Shown here piece after piece: positions 8,454 to 18,672 of a stretch of DNA of 64,000 nt (position 1 is its first letter; every line of letters begins with the position of its first letter). This DNA is from Vulcanimicrobiota bacterium. GTDB taxonomy: Bacteria > Vulcanimicrobiota > Vulcanimicrobiia > Vulcanimicrobiales > Vulcanimicrobiaceae. The notes beneath the pieces are model-generated. The model was given only the letters and a program-made list of their open reading frames with translations, was not told the origin of the DNA and ran no database searches. The stretch spans positions 3,264,001 to 3,328,000 of the forward strand of contig OY970223.1 of assembly GCA_963714015.1 (NCBI GenBank), read 5' to 3'. A program made the position numbers and the translations under genes.

Positions 8454-9356
8454 TCAGCTACGCAATAGGAAGCCGAGCAGCACGTCATTGGTCGAGACGA
8501 CCGCTCGATCGTGACCCGCCCTTTCCATGACGGCCGCAAGGACGATAAGCCCGGCGGGCAAGATGTCGGCTCGTTGCGGATTCATGCCCGGAAGCGTCTT
8601 TCGCCGGACCAAGTCGATGGAGCACAGCATTTGCAGTGTCCCTTCCACATCGTCGCCGGAAAGCTGCGAGTAAGTAAACGGCTCCCGGTTGCCTTGCAGC
8701 AATGAAATCGTCGTCGTCGCAGTACCGCCCACGAACAGCAGCTGATCGACCGGCTCGAACGTTGCGATTGGCTCGGTAGCAGCGAGCGCCAAGCGACGTC
8801 CCCGTTCCAACGAGTCTTGCAATACGGCACCGTCGCGGCCGCAGAGGCCGGTAATCAATTCCGTTAGACGAACCGCTCCAATCTCACAGGAGATCTCGCG
8901 GTCCGGGCTAGAGCGTTTGCTGCCGGCAGCATACTCGGTGCTTCCGCCGCCCACATCCGCGACTGCGAATCGCTCGTGCGCGCCGTTCGGCAACCCGCTT
9001 AGCGCACCGGCATAAGAACATCGGGCCTCGTCCTCGCCGGAGATGATTTGCAACTGCGCGCCGGTCAGCCCGCGAACTTTACGCGCAAATTCGTCGGCGT
9101 TATCCGCCCGGCGTACGGCACTGGTTGCAATCACGCCGATATGCGACGTATACGGTTTGATGAGTTCCAGATGCTCGTGTATGGCTTCCAGCGTGCGCCG
9201 CATGGGCTGCTCACCGATGTGACCACGCTCCTTGAGGCCCTCTCCGATCCGCGTGCCGATGGACCGCTGCGCGAGAGGATATCCGGATCCGTCGTGAATG
9301 TCCGCGACGAGCGCGCGGGTAGAGTTGGTGCCTACGGAGATGAGGGCCTTGATCAC
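8454..9356 (-). CDS. ppx: Ppx/GppA exopolyphosphatase family
   Basis: 'SVGTNSTR', 'ATSAVRRADN', 'ISGEDEA', 'DVGGGSTE', 'RADILPAG'. Confidence 0.9.
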   Translation of the reverse strand: MIKALISVGTNSTRALVADIHDGSGYPLAQRSIGTRIGEGLKERGHIGEQPMRRTLEAIHEHLELIKPYTSHIGVIATSAVRRADNADEFARKVRGLTGAQLQIISGEDEARCSYAGALSGLPNGAHERFAVADVGGGSTEYAAGSKRSSPDREISCEIGAVRLTELITGLCGRDGAVLQDSLERGRRLALAATEPIATFEPVDQLLFVGGTATTTISLLQGNREPFTYSQLSGDDVEGTLQMLCSIDLVRRKTLPGMNPQRADILPAGLIVLAAVMERAGHDRAVVSTNDVLLGFLLRS

Positions 9357-9715
9357 CGTTCGTCGGAATGACGAGATTCAAAAAGCGCCGCGCGCTTCTT
9401 CTTCTGTAAAAAGTGGCGCTCGTGCGCGGGCGGCAAGTCGGGTTTCTCCCACTCAGCCGTCATCTTGAGATAGTTCGCGATCTGCTCTTCGAAGTGTTCG
9501 TCGCGTATTTGCGGCGCCAGCATCAGCATGGGATGCCGCCCCGAAGACTGCACCACGAACTCCAGGGCCTTTCGCCGGCTGAAAGCTCGGTCGTAGGCGG
9601 CGCGGTTCTTCTCCAAATCGAGGAGCGGAACGCTGGCCAAACGCCCGTCTTCGAGACGCACGGTAGCGCCGAACGCATTCACGTTGATGACGGTGCCCCG
9701 CTGCGTATCGCTCAC
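9353..9715 (-). CDS. S1 RNA-binding domain protein (YabR-like)
   Basis: 'GTVINVNAFGATVRLEDGRLA', 'FEEQIANYLK'; lies between ftsB-like gene and ppx. Confidence 0.65.
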   Translation of the reverse strand: MSDTQRGTVINVNAFGATVRLEDGRLASVPLLDLEKNRAAYDRAFSRRKALEFVVQSSGRHPMLMLAPQIRDEHFEEQIANYLKMTAEWEKPDLPPAHERHFLQKKKRAALFESRHSDER

Positions 9716-10029
9716 GGCGCCGGCGCGTGGGCCGCTTTCACGTAGATGATCGCTTCGTTGGAGCGCACGAGATGCAGCCGGTCGTGGATTTCAGGAACCG
9801 CGCCCTGCGGATCCAGCAGCCGCCGTATCTGACGCACTTCGCGGCGGTTGTGGCCCTTGAGCGAGGCGACGTCGCGTTCTACGGAAGATAGTGAATGCGC
9901 CATCGCAATGTTTTCGTTCGCGATGCGGACGAACTGGATCGAGACGAGTGTGGCGACGACGGCGGCGAGAAGCCCGACGAGCAGACGGCCTACGAGGCGG
10001 AGGATGCCGGCCGTTCTCGTGCGTTTCAT
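9712..10029 (-). CDS. ftsB: Septum formation initiator FtsB/DivIC family
   Basis: Single TM, coiled coil, 'LLDPQG..EIHDRLHLVRSNEAII'. Confidence 0.7.
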   Translation of the reverse strand: MKRTRTAGILRLVGRLLVGLLAAVVATLVSIQFVRIANENIAMAHSLSSVERDVASLKGHNRREVRQIRRLLDPQGAVPEIHDRLHLVRSNEAIIYVKAAHAPAP

Positions 10030-11006
10030 GAAGCCGAGTGAACTGCTTCCAGGCGCTCACTCTGCCAAGCGCCGATCCGTCGATACTTTTGATAACGCGT
10101 CTCGCGTAGCCGATCTTGCGGGAGCGCGCCCAAGTGCGTTAAAGCCAACTCGATAGCTTTCATCACGCGCTGAATTGTTCCCGCTGCGTCGCGATGCGCG
10201 CCGCCAATGGGTTCCGGCACGATTTCGTCGACGATACCAAAGCCTTTGAGATCCTGTGCCGTCAGCTTCAGATGGGACGCAGCCTCTTCGGCTTTCCCGG
10301 CGTCACTCCAAAGGATTGCGGCGCATCCTTCGGGGCTGGCCACGGAGTAATAGCTGTGCTCGAGGATGATCAACCTGTCGGCGATGCTCAGGGCAAGCGC
10401 ACCACCGCTTCCGCCTTCACCGATCACCGTTGCAACGATGGGCACCGGCGCAATCGTGAATTCGTACAGGCATGCGGCTATAGCTTCGGATTGCGCGCGC
10501 TCTTCGGACGTGATTCCGGGATCGGCGCCTTTCGTGTCGACGAACGTAACGATTGGTACGCCCATACGGCCGGCGAGATGCGCCAGACGCTGAACTTTGC
10601 GATACCCCTCCGGCGAGGGCATTCCGAAGTTGCGCTTCAGATTCTCTTTGGTGTCCCGGCCGCGTTGCTGGCCGATTGCCATGACTGCTCGATCCCCCAA
10701 ACGCGCGAGGCCCGCGATGATGGCCTGATCGTCTCGTGAATGGCGGTCGCCGTGAAGCTCGTCGAACTGCGTGAAGTAAGAGATGTAATCCGCGGCCGTG
10801 GGACGACTGGGATGGCGCGCCATGTGCACTTTTTCCCACGGTGTCATCGAACCGAAGATCTCTTGCTGGATCTGCGCGTACTTTTGCTCGAGCGCGCGAA
10901 TCTCCGCCGACATGTCCACACGCTGCTGGGTGTTGGAGGCGCGCAGTTCTTCGAGCGTCTTCTCGAGAACCGACAGCTCTTTCTCGCGATCGACGATGAT
11001 GTTCAT
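10026..11006 (-). CDS. accA: Acetyl-CoA carboxylase carboxyltransferase alpha
   Basis: 'ARHPSRP', 'ELHGDR', 'RNFGMPSPEGYRK', 'GEGGSGGALA', 'EPIGGAHRD'. Confidence 0.97.
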   Translation of the reverse strand: MNIIVDREKELSVLEKTLEELRASNTQQRVDMSAEIRALEQKYAQIQQEIFGSMTPWEKVHMARHPSRPTAADYISYFTQFDELHGDRHSRDDQAIIAGLARLGDRAVMAIGQQRGRDTKENLKRNFGMPSPEGYRKVQRLAHLAGRMGVPIVTFVDTKGADPGITSEERAQSEAIAACLYEFTIAPVPIVATVIGEGGSGGALALSIADRLIILEHSYYSVASPEGCAAILWSDAGKAEEAASHLKLTAQDLKGFGIVDEIVPEPIGGAHRDAAGTIQRVMKAIELALTHLGALPQDRLRETRYQKYRRIGAWQSERLEAVHSAS

Positions 11007-11866
11007 ACGGCAACGCGCTCCTTGCTGCGTTTACCCTGTCCGACGTCCTCGAGTAATCGCGTCAAGGTTGCCTTCACGTCGTGGCGATCGACGACCAGGT
11101 CGATGTGGCCTTTGTCCAGCAGAAACTCGGCCGTCTGAAACTGATCCGGTAGTTTTTGGCGGATCGTCTGCTCGATAACGCGTCGTCCCGCGAAGCCAAT
11201 CATGGCTTTGGGCTCGGCAAGTATCAGATCCGATTGGAATGCAAACGAGGCCGACACGCCGCCGGTGGTCGGATCGGTGAGCACCGTGATGAAGATGTTG
11301 CCCGCCTCCATGAAGCGGCTGACGGCTGAAGTGGTCTTTGCCATCTGCATCAGCGCGAGCATGCCTTCTTCCATACGGGCTCCGCCGCTCGCGGTAAAAA
11401 TGATGCAGGGAATCCGGCGCTCCAGCGCGCCTTCGAGCAGCAGCGTGATGCGTTCGCCGACGACCGTACCCATCGTGCCGCCGCGGAAATGAAAGTCCAT
11501 CACGCCCAAGGCGACGTCGTGCCCTCCGATCGTTCCGAATCCGCAAACGACACCCTCGGTGAGCTGCGATTTCTCGCGATCGCCGGCGAGCTTTGCCGCA
11601 TAACTCTTACGATCGACCCATTGCAGCGGATCTCCGGGCAGCACGTCTGCACCGATCTCGACAAAATCCGCGTCGACCAGGGAATTGATGCGGTCGAAGG
11701 CAGTCATGCGGAAGTGGTGGCCGCAGCGCGGGCAAACCCATAGATTGGCAACGAGGTCTCGCCGGTAGAGCACCTCGCTGCAGCTCGGGCATTTACTCCA
11801 AAGCGCGGCGTCCTCTTGCTCTTGCGATTTGCTGCGCCGCGTGCGCAGCCAGTCGGGCATGGGCAT
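11003..11866 (-). CDS. accD: Acetyl-CoA carboxylase carboxyltransferase beta
   Basis: CPSC..CPRC Zn finger, 'SGGARMEEG..LMQMAKT', 'PTTGGVSASFA', 'IGFAGRRVIEQT'. Confidence 0.97.
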   Translation of the reverse strand: MPMPDWLRTRRSKSQEQEDAALWSKCPSCSEVLYRRDLVANLWVCPRCGHHFRMTAFDRINSLVDADFVEIGADVLPGDPLQWVDRKSYAAKLAGDREKSQLTEGVVCGFGTIGGHDVALGVMDFHFRGGTMGTVVGERITLLLEGALERRIPCIIFTASGGARMEEGMLALMQMAKTTSAVSRFMEAGNIFITVLTDPTTGGVSASFAFQSDLILAEPKAMIGFAGRRVIEQTIRQKLPDQFQTAEFLLDKGHIDLVVDRHDVKATLTRLLEDVGQGKRSKERVAV

Positions 11867-12594
11867 CAGCTGCTCTGCACTTTCTGCGCACCGGGGAAGA
11901 TCCGCGCCGCGTACAATTTGCGCAGCTGCTTGAGATAATTGAAGATCTCTTTTTCGTTCAACTTAGACTGGCCTTCCACGCGATCGGTGAAGACGTACGG
12001 CACCTCGAGCGCTTTGCCGTAGTGCGCCTTGGCGATTACCTCGAGACCGATCTTGAAACCGATCGGATCGAGCCGCACGCCTTCGAGCGCCTCGCGCTTG
12101 ACCAGAAAATATCCGCTCGTGATGTCTTTGATTCGGGTGAGCGGCTGCGCCAGCATGCACGCGACCTTTGAGGTTACGATCCGCCGCATCGGCCAATTCG
12201 TGATTCCCCCGCCGCTCACGTAGCGACTGCCGACGGCAAGTCCGTAGCCGTTCTCGAGCGCCTTCACCATCGCCGGCAAAATGTTAATGTCGTGACTGAA
12301 GTCGGCGTCCATTGCGCCGAGCGCCTCAGAGTCGGCGCGCGCGAATTTCCAACCGTCGATAACCCCGCTGGAGAGTCCCAGCTTACCCGGCCGATGCAGA
12401 CAACGCACCGGAAACTGCGCGGAGAGCCGATCCACAATTGCTCCCGTGCCGTCCGGCGAATTGTCGTCGACGACGATAAGCTCTCCGTCCAGCTGGCCGG
12501 CGGCGAAAACTCCCGCGAGTGCGCCTATCAGACGCTCGATGCCGCCGGCTTCATTGTACGTCGGGATAACGATCGAAAACTTCAAATGCCCCAT
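11866..12594 (-). CDS. Polyprenol monophosphomannose synthase (GT2)
   Basis: 'SIVIPTYNE', 'VVDDNSPDGT', 'MDADFSH', 'GSRYV.GG'; start taken at MGHLKF. Confidence 0.9.
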   Translation of the reverse strand: MGHLKFSIVIPTYNEAGGIERLIGALAGVFAAGQLDGELIVVDDNSPDGTGAIVDRLSAQFPVRCLHRPGKLGLSSGVIDGWKFARADSEALGAMDADFSHDINILPAMVKALENGYGLAVGSRYVSGGGITNWPMRRIVTSKVACMLAQPLTRIKDITSGYFLVKREALEGVRLDPIGFKIGLEVIAKAHYGKALEVPYVFTDRVEGQSKLNEKEIFNYLKQLRKLYAARIFPGAQKVQSS

Positions 12595-12641
12595 GCGATC
12601 CTGACGTATACGACGTACCGCACGGTTCTTCCGGTAGGGCC

Positions 12642-12917
12642 TTACAAGCGGTGGAGCTGGGGGTTTGCCGAGGGATCGAACGCGGGCAGTTCGGGATACG
12701 ACGTACAACGCAACTCCACGCCGCCGTCGGCCGCGATGCTCAAAACTTCGTCTGCGCCGATGAGCGTCTCTTCCTCACGGCCGGTCCAATAGACCAGCAG
12801 AAATTCCGCTCCCCGCGCTTGGCCCGAACCATAAACGGCGCGCACCTCGCCCGCATTTGCGCCGTCCGAAGTGCGGACCGGCGTGCCGGGCCGCAGCTCT
12901 TCCAACAACCTTGACAT
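12642..12917 (-). CDS. Small PRC-barrel-like protein
   Basis: 'GTPVRTSDGANAGEVRAV' pattern. Confidence 0.5.
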   Translation of the reverse strand: MSRLLEELRPGTPVRTSDGANAGEVRAVYGSGQARGAEFLLVYWTGREEETLIGADEVLSIAADGGVELRCTSYPELPAFDPSANPQLHRL

Positions 12918-12925
12918 CGGCAGCG

Positions 12926-13657
12926 TTATACCCCGCTCGCGTAAGAAAGAATGCTGACGGCTACGAGCGCCGCAGTCTCGGTCCGAAGAACGCGCGGCCC
13001 CAATGAGATGGCGAGCGCCCCCGCGGCTTGAGCCGCTTCGGCTTCCGCGTTCGAAAAGCCACCCTCCGGTCCTATTACTACCAAAATGCGGCGGGCACCG
13101 GCCAGCAGCGCAGGCAACCGTTGGCGCAGCGGCTCTGCGGTCGCGCCTTCCCAGGCAAACAGCACCAAATCGTACTTAGCGAAAACAACGCAGAGATCCG
13201 GGAGCGAGCACGGGGACGCGATCTGCGGCAGGCCGGTTCGACCGCATTGCTCGGCGGCCGATTTTGCCAGGCGGCGCCATCGCTCGAGTTTGTTCGTACT
13301 CGCATCGGCAGCTATCGCGCGTTCCGAGCGCAGCGGAATGATGGCCCGCGCACCAAGCTCGGTCAGCTTTTCGACGACGAAATCCATCTTCTGGCCTTTG
13401 GGTATTCCTTGTGCGACCGTTATCTCGAGCGCATCCTGCGGCGGCTCCCCGGTAATCTCCAGCAATTCCGCTCGGACATTGCGGCCCTCGACCTGCAACT
13501 GCGCCCGATATTGCTGGGCGGCCGAATCGAAGACCTCGATTTCCTCTCCGCTGCCCATGCGCAAAACGGCGAGGATCTTGTGCGCGTCGCTGCCGTCCAA
13601 TGCTATCGTTTCGCCGGGCGCGTGCGTCCCCTCGACGAAAAACCGCCGCCTACTCAG
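12926..13657 (-). CDS. rsmE: 16S rRNA m3U1498 methyltransferase
   Basis: 'HKILAVLRM', 'KLTELGA', 'AAEQCGR', 'IGPEGGFS', '[11 protein letters not shown]'; frame extends to 'RRFFV' with a probable CTG start overlapping the dnaJ stop. Confidence 0.93.
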   Translation of the reverse strand: MSRRRFFVEGTHAPGETIALDGSDAHKILAVLRMGSGEEIEVFDSAAQQYRAQLQVEGRNVRAELLEITGEPPQDALEITVAQGIPKGQKMDFVVEKLTELGARAIIPLRSERAIAADASTNKLERWRRLAKSAAEQCGRTGLPQIASPCSLPDLCVVFAKYDLVLFAWEGATAEPLRQRLPALLAGARRILVVIGPEGGFSNAEAEAAQAAGALAISLGPRVLRTETAALVAVSILSYASGV

Positions 13658-14777
13658 GTTTGAACGCGTCCTTGACCTTGTCGAAGAACGAGCGTTCGTG
13701 ATCTCCCACGGATTCGGCGTATTCTTCGAGTAACTCGCGCTGGCGTTTGTTCACCTTGGTCGGGACCATTAAGTGAACCGTTACCACGTGATCTCCGCGG
13801 CTTGTTCCGCGAACGGCCGGCATACCGCGTCCGCGCATGCGGAAGGTCGTGCCGGGCTGCGTGCCGGCGTGAACGCTCAACGGCAACTCGCCTTCGAGCG
13901 ACGGCACACTGATCTGCGCGCCCAGGACAGCTTGGGGAAATGTGATCGGCACGTCAACGAACGTGTCGGTACCTTCGCGCCGAAAGAGGGCGTGGTTCGC
14001 GACGTTGAGATAGACGTATAGATCGCCTGCAGGGCCGCCGTGAATTCCGGCCTCGCCGTTCCCGGTAATTCGTATGCGGCTGCCGTCGTCTACTCCGGCC
14101 GGAACCTTTACGGTGAGCTTTCGCTCCACCTCGCGCCGTCCGCGCCCATGGCATGTCGGGCACGGCGTCTGGACGACCTGTCCGTCGCCGTTGCATTTGC
14201 TGCACGTCGATTGCGTGACGAATTGTCCGAGCGGCGTCTGCCGAACCATCCGCATTACGCCGGTGCCGCTGCAGCGATCGCACGGCACGACGAGCGTACC
14301 GGGTGCGGCACCCGAACCCACGCACGTCTCGCATTGAGCGAGGTGATTGAACTGGATCTCGCGCGTCGTACCGGTGAACGCTTCCTCCAGCGTAATCTCA
14401 AGATCGTAGCGCAGATCGGAGCCGCGAGCGGGTCCCGCCCGCCGCGTCTGCGCCTGCTGCGCACCCATTCGATCGCCGAAAAAGATGTCGAAGATGTCGC
14501 CGAATCCGCTTCCGCCAAAGCCTCCGAAATCACCGAATCCCGCGCTGCTCGCACCGTTTCCGACGGTCCCGTAGCGATCGTACTGCGCGCGCTTTTGCGG
14601 ATCGGAGAGCACTTCGTAAGCTTCGTTGATCTCTTTGAAGCGGTGCTCGGCCTCGGCTTTGTTTTCCGCAACGTCGGGATGATGCTTGCGCGCCAGGGCA
14701 CGATAGGCACGCTTGATGTCTTCGACGCCGGCGTTGCGGTTGACGCCCAGCACGTCATAAAAGTCTTTGGTCGGCAC
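13650..14777 (-). CDS. dnaJ: Chaperone DnaJ
   Basis: HPD J-domain, G/F region, four CxxCxGxG motifs. Confidence 0.97.
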   Translation of the reverse strand: MPTKDFYDVLGVNRNAGVEDIKRAYRALARKHHPDVAENKAEAEHRFKEINEAYEVLSDPQKRAQYDRYGTVGNGASSAGFGDFGGFGGSGFGDIFDIFFGDRMGAQQAQTRRAGPARGSDLRYDLEITLEEAFTGTTREIQFNHLAQCETCVGSGAAPGTLVVPCDRCSGTGVMRMVRQTPLGQFVTQSTCSKCNGDGQVVQTPCPTCHGRGRREVERKLTVKVPAGVDDGSRIRITGNGEAGIHGGPAGDLYVYLNVANHALFRREGTDTFVDVPITFPQAVLGAQISVPSLEGELPLSVHAGTQPGTTFRMRGRGMPAVRGTSRGDHVVTVHLMVPTKVNKRQRELLEEYAESVGDHERSFFDKVKDAFKPE

Positions 14778-14783
14778 GAAAAG

Positions 14784-15854
14784 CTATTTTATCTCGACGT
14801 CGGCAAGCTGTTGGGAAAGAGTCTCCGCCGTGCCCGATGCGAGCGCCATGAGGCGGCCGTACGGCATGCGGCGCGGGCCCAGAATCGAGAGCATACCGAT
14901 GGCATGTTGCCCAAACCGGTACGGAACAGTCACGATGCTGAAGTCCGTCATCTCCTCGACGCCGAGCTCGTGACCGATCTTGACGCTGGCGGCATCGACA
15001 TTCATCGAGTCGGCGACCAGGTCGTAGAGCGTCTTCTGTTCTTCCACGATTCGCAGGATCGACCGAAGCTTGCGCAAGTCGTGGAATTCGGGCTGGTCCA
15101 GAAGATTTTGTGCGCCCGAGGCCGTGAGCGTGGGCTGTTCCTCGGAGCGAGCATTACGCAGCGCCGCCGTCACCGCATTGCGCAGGTCATCGCGGGCGCC
15201 GATGTCGGCTGCCGCAGCTGCTATCTCACTATCGCGAATCTCGCGCAGGAGCCGGTTGCCGAATTTCGAGTTGAGCGCATTGGAGAGGCGCGTGAGATCG
15301 TCCGGTGTGACGTCCTCACGCAGTTCGAAAAGGCTCTGGCCCGACACGCCAATGGACGTCACCACGATGGCAACGCCGGTTCTGGGCGAGAGCCAAATCA
15401 TCTGGATGTGCCGGAAAGTAGCGCTTTCGTTGCTGGGCTTGGTGACGAACGCCAAGTTTTTCGAGAGTCTTCCGAGCAAGCGCGTGGCATTCTCGATCAT
15501 TTCATCGAGCTCGCGGCTCGCGTCGAGAAGTTCGTCGCGGATGCGCCGGCGGTCGTCAGGAGCCAGGCTCTCCGGCTGCATCAACTGATCGACGTATTTG
15601 CGGTAACCCGCGTCCGACGGCACGCGGCCGGCGGAAGTATGGGGCTGCACGAGGTAGCCCCCGGCCTCCAGTTCGGCCAGCTCGTTCCGAACAGTAGCCG
15701 AGCTGACCCCCAGGTTATACTTCTGCGTTAACGATTGCGAGGCGACAGGCTCGGCCGTGGCGATATATTCGTACACCACTGTGGCCAGGATGTACGACTT
15801 CCGCTTGTCGAGCTGCCCCGAGGGCGCTTCGCCCGGAGGCGCGCCGCTATTCAT
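14784..15854 (-). CDS. hrcA: Heat-inducible repressor HrcA
   Basis: 'EYIATAEPVAS', 'SSATVRNEL', 'QPHTSAGRVPSDAGYRKYVD', 'GPRRMPY'. Confidence 0.96.
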   Translation of the reverse strand: MNSGAPPGEAPSGQLDKRKSYILATVVYEYIATAEPVASQSLTQKYNLGVSSATVRNELAELEAGGYLVQPHTSAGRVPSDAGYRKYVDQLMQPESLAPDDRRRIRDELLDASRELDEMIENATRLLGRLSKNLAFVTKPSNESATFRHIQMIWLSPRTGVAIVVTSIGVSGQSLFELREDVTPDDLTRLSNALNSKFGNRLLREIRDSEIAAAAADIGARDDLRNAVTAALRNARSEEQPTLTASGAQNLLDQPEFHDLRKLRSILRIVEEQKTLYDLVADSMNVDAASVKIGHELGVEEMTDFSIVTVPYRFGQHAIGMLSILGPRRMPYGRLMALASGTAETLSQQLADVEIK

Positions 15855-15863
15855 CGTCCTATC

Positions 15864-15890
15864 TTAGCAATCTCGGCCTAGGACTGCCAA
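15864..15890. promoter_or_regulatory. CIRCE element (HrcA operator)
   Basis: TTAGCAATC-N9-GACTGCCAA versus consensus TTAGCACTC-N9-GAGTGCTAA, 10 bp upstream of hrcA. Confidence 0.88.
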
Positions 15891-15893
15891 GAC

Positions 15894-16392
15894 TTAAGGG
15901 CTAGGCTCGGGCGCCGGCGGAGCGGCCAAGGCGCGCTCGACGGCCGTTCGTAGTTCGTTCCACGACAGGCCGCCCAGCGTGACATAGGTCACGACCCCCT
16001 CCGGATCGAGCACCACGGTGTCCGGCACCTCGCTAAGCGAGTAGGCCGCGTAAATCTTGCTCTGGCGATCCTCGATAACGGGCAGGTCGAAACCATGTGC
16101 CTTCAGATATGCCTGCGCGACGCCTTGCGGTTCGTTCCAATCGATCGTCACGAGCCGAATGCGGTCGCCGTACGTGCTGCGCAATCGAGCGAAATACGGG
16201 AGCTCGTTCGTGCACGGCGGACACCAGGTCGCCCAAAAGTTGATGACGACCGGACGGCCGCGCAATTCGGAGAGCGGCTGATCGCCGTTCGCTGTAGGGA
16301 CCGAAAAATCGGGCGGAGGCTGACCGTAGTGAACAGTTGCAAGTCCCGTTCCGGTCAGCGTTGCCAAAATCAAGGCGGCGAGGGAGCTTCAC
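15894..16392 (-). CDS. TlpA-family thiol-disulfide oxidoreductase
   Basis: 'INFWATWCPPC..ELP'; likely true start GTG 16392 (MKLLAALIL) with one extra C near 16383. Confidence 0.88.
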
Positions 16393-16441
16393 ATCGGCAA
16401 TTTCGGCAGGCATGCATGCTTGTTCCCGGTAAAACGAGCGC

Positions 16442-18404
16442 ATGAATACGGCCGAATCGATCGAGGCGCTTTCATCAGAGAGCCGCCGTTTTGCGCCATC
16501 TCCCGAATTTGCCGCTCGCGCGAACGCCCAGCCGGGAATCTATGAAGAAGCCGAGCGCGATTACGAGACATATTGGGCATCGTGGGCGCGTAAACTCGAG
16601 TGGAGCAAACCGTTCACCAGGATCCTGGAATGGAACGAGCCGTTTGCACGCTGGTTCTCCGACGGGGAGCTCAACGTCTCGGTCAATTGTCTGGATAGGC
16701 ACGTGCGAGCGGGGTACGGGCAAAAAATTGCCTATTACTATGAAGGCGAGCCCGGCGACCGCCGGACCATAACGTACCAAGAACTGCTCGACCACGTCTG
16801 CCGGTTCGCGAACGGATTGCGTTCGCTAGGCATCAAGAGGGGCGATCGGGTCGCCATTTACATGCCGATGATCCCGGAGCTTCCGGTGGCCATGCTGGCG
16901 TGCGCACGCATCGGCGCCGCACATTCGGTGATATTCGGCGGATTTTCGCCCGACTCAATCGTCGACCGCGTCAACGATGCGAAGTGCGTCGCTTTGATTA
17001 CCGCCGATCAAGGATGGCGGCGCGGCAAGCACGTTGCGCTCAAGGACAACTGCGACGAAGCGATGCAGCACACGCCCAGCATCAAACACTGCATCGTCGC
17101 TAAACGCGTTGGAGTCTCCCGTCAGGATGCGCGAGGGCCGCGATCGTTGGTGGGACGACGTGACGAGCGGACAGAGCACCGTGTGCGAACCGGAAGCGAT
17201 GAACGCCGAGGATCTGCTTTTTCTGCTCTACACGAGCGGCACGACCGCGAAGCCCAAAGGCATCATTCACACGACGGGCGGTTACCTGACGCACGTGACC
17301 GCTACGCACAGTTTAGTCTTCGATCTCAAGCCCGGCGAAGACGTCTATTGGTGCGCCGCGGACATCGGTTGGGTTACGGGACACTCGTACATCGTGTACG
17401 GCCCGCTCGCGAACGGCGCTACGAGCGTCCTCTATGAGGGCACGCCGGATTTTCCCGACAAGGATCGCCTTTGGGAGATCGCCGCGCGCTACGGCGTAAC
17501 GATCCTTTACACGGCGCCCACCGCAATTCGCACGTTCATGAAGTGGGGTCCGCAGTATCCGCAAAAACACGACCTGTCGGCGCTCCGCGTGCTCGGATCA
17601 GTCGGTGAGCCGATCAATCCGGAAGCCTGGATGTGGTACCGCGAGCACATCGGCGGAAACCGGTGTCCCGTCGTGGACACGTGGTGGCAAACGGAAACGG
17701 GCGGCATCATGATTTCGCCGTTGCCGGGAATCAGCGAAACGCCGCCCGGCAGTGCGACGCGCCCGTTGCCTGGGATCGGCGCCGACATCGTGAACGATCG
17801 AGGCGAATCGGTGCCCCTGGGCGGGGGCGGATACATCGTGCTCACTCGTCCATGGCCCGGAATGCTTCGGGGCATTTACGGCGATGACGAACGTTACGTT
17901 CAGACGTACTGGTCCAAGTTTCCACACCGGTATTTGGCGGGCGACGGATGCCGGCGTGACATGGACGGCAATTACTGGTTCATGGGCCGAATCGACGACG
18001 TGATGAACGTGAGCGGCCACCGCATCTCCACAACGGAGATTGAGAGCGCGCTCGTCGACGATCCCCGCGTTGCGGAAGCCGCTGTATGCGGTAAACTCGA
18101 CGACGTCACCGGTCAGGCGATCTATGCATTCGTCTCGCTGCGCGGCGGCGACATCGGCAGCCCCGGTCTGGCGGACGAACTGCGGGACCATGTCGCCGAG
18201 AAGCTCGGCAAGTTCACTCGGCCCAAGTACATCACGTTTACTCAAGAGCTGCCCAAGACCCGCAGCGGGAAGATCATGCGGCGGCTCCTGCGAGACGTTG
18301 CCGAAGGCCGCCAACTGGGGGACACGACGACGCTCGCGGACTCCTCCGTCGTGGATATCCTAAAAGAGCGAGCCGCCGCTGAGATCTCGACGAGCGAAGA
18401 GTAA
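16442..18404 (+). CDS. acs: Acetyl-CoA synthetase (frameshift near 17115)
   Basis: 'NCLDRH', '[13 protein letters not shown]' in frame 1; '[11 protein letters not shown]', '[11 protein letters not shown]', 'DTWWQTETG', '[12 protein letters not shown]' in frame 2. Confidence 0.95.
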
Positions 18405-18408
18405 ACCG

Positions 18409-18609
18409 TTAAGGCTTGGCTGTGGGCCGCGCCATGTGTTTTTTCATCATGGCGTGGCCTTTCATCGTTGAGTGACTCTTCATCATCGAGTGCGCCTTCA
18501 TCGAATGGCTGCTCATCATGCTGTGACTGCTCATCATTTTGTGAGCGTGCATGGCGCTCGGGGTTGGGGTCGCGAGGGCGGCGACGAAAATCAGGGCGAT
18601 TAGATTCAC
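18409..18609 (-). CDS. Small secreted Met/His-rich peptide
   Basis: AAGGAG RBS + GTG; signal-like 'MNLIALIFVAALA' then 'MHAHKMMSSHSMMSSHSMKAHSMMKSHSTMKGHAMMKKHM'. Confidence 0.75.
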   Translation of the reverse strand: MNLIALIFVAALATPTPSAMHAHKMMSSHSMMSSHSMKAHSMMKSHSTMKGHAMMKKHMARPTAKP

Positions 18610-18672
18610 GAAAATACTCCTTGCAAAAAAAAAGCGATTCGTCCTCAAGTACGCTTCAGAGAACCGTTCGGA

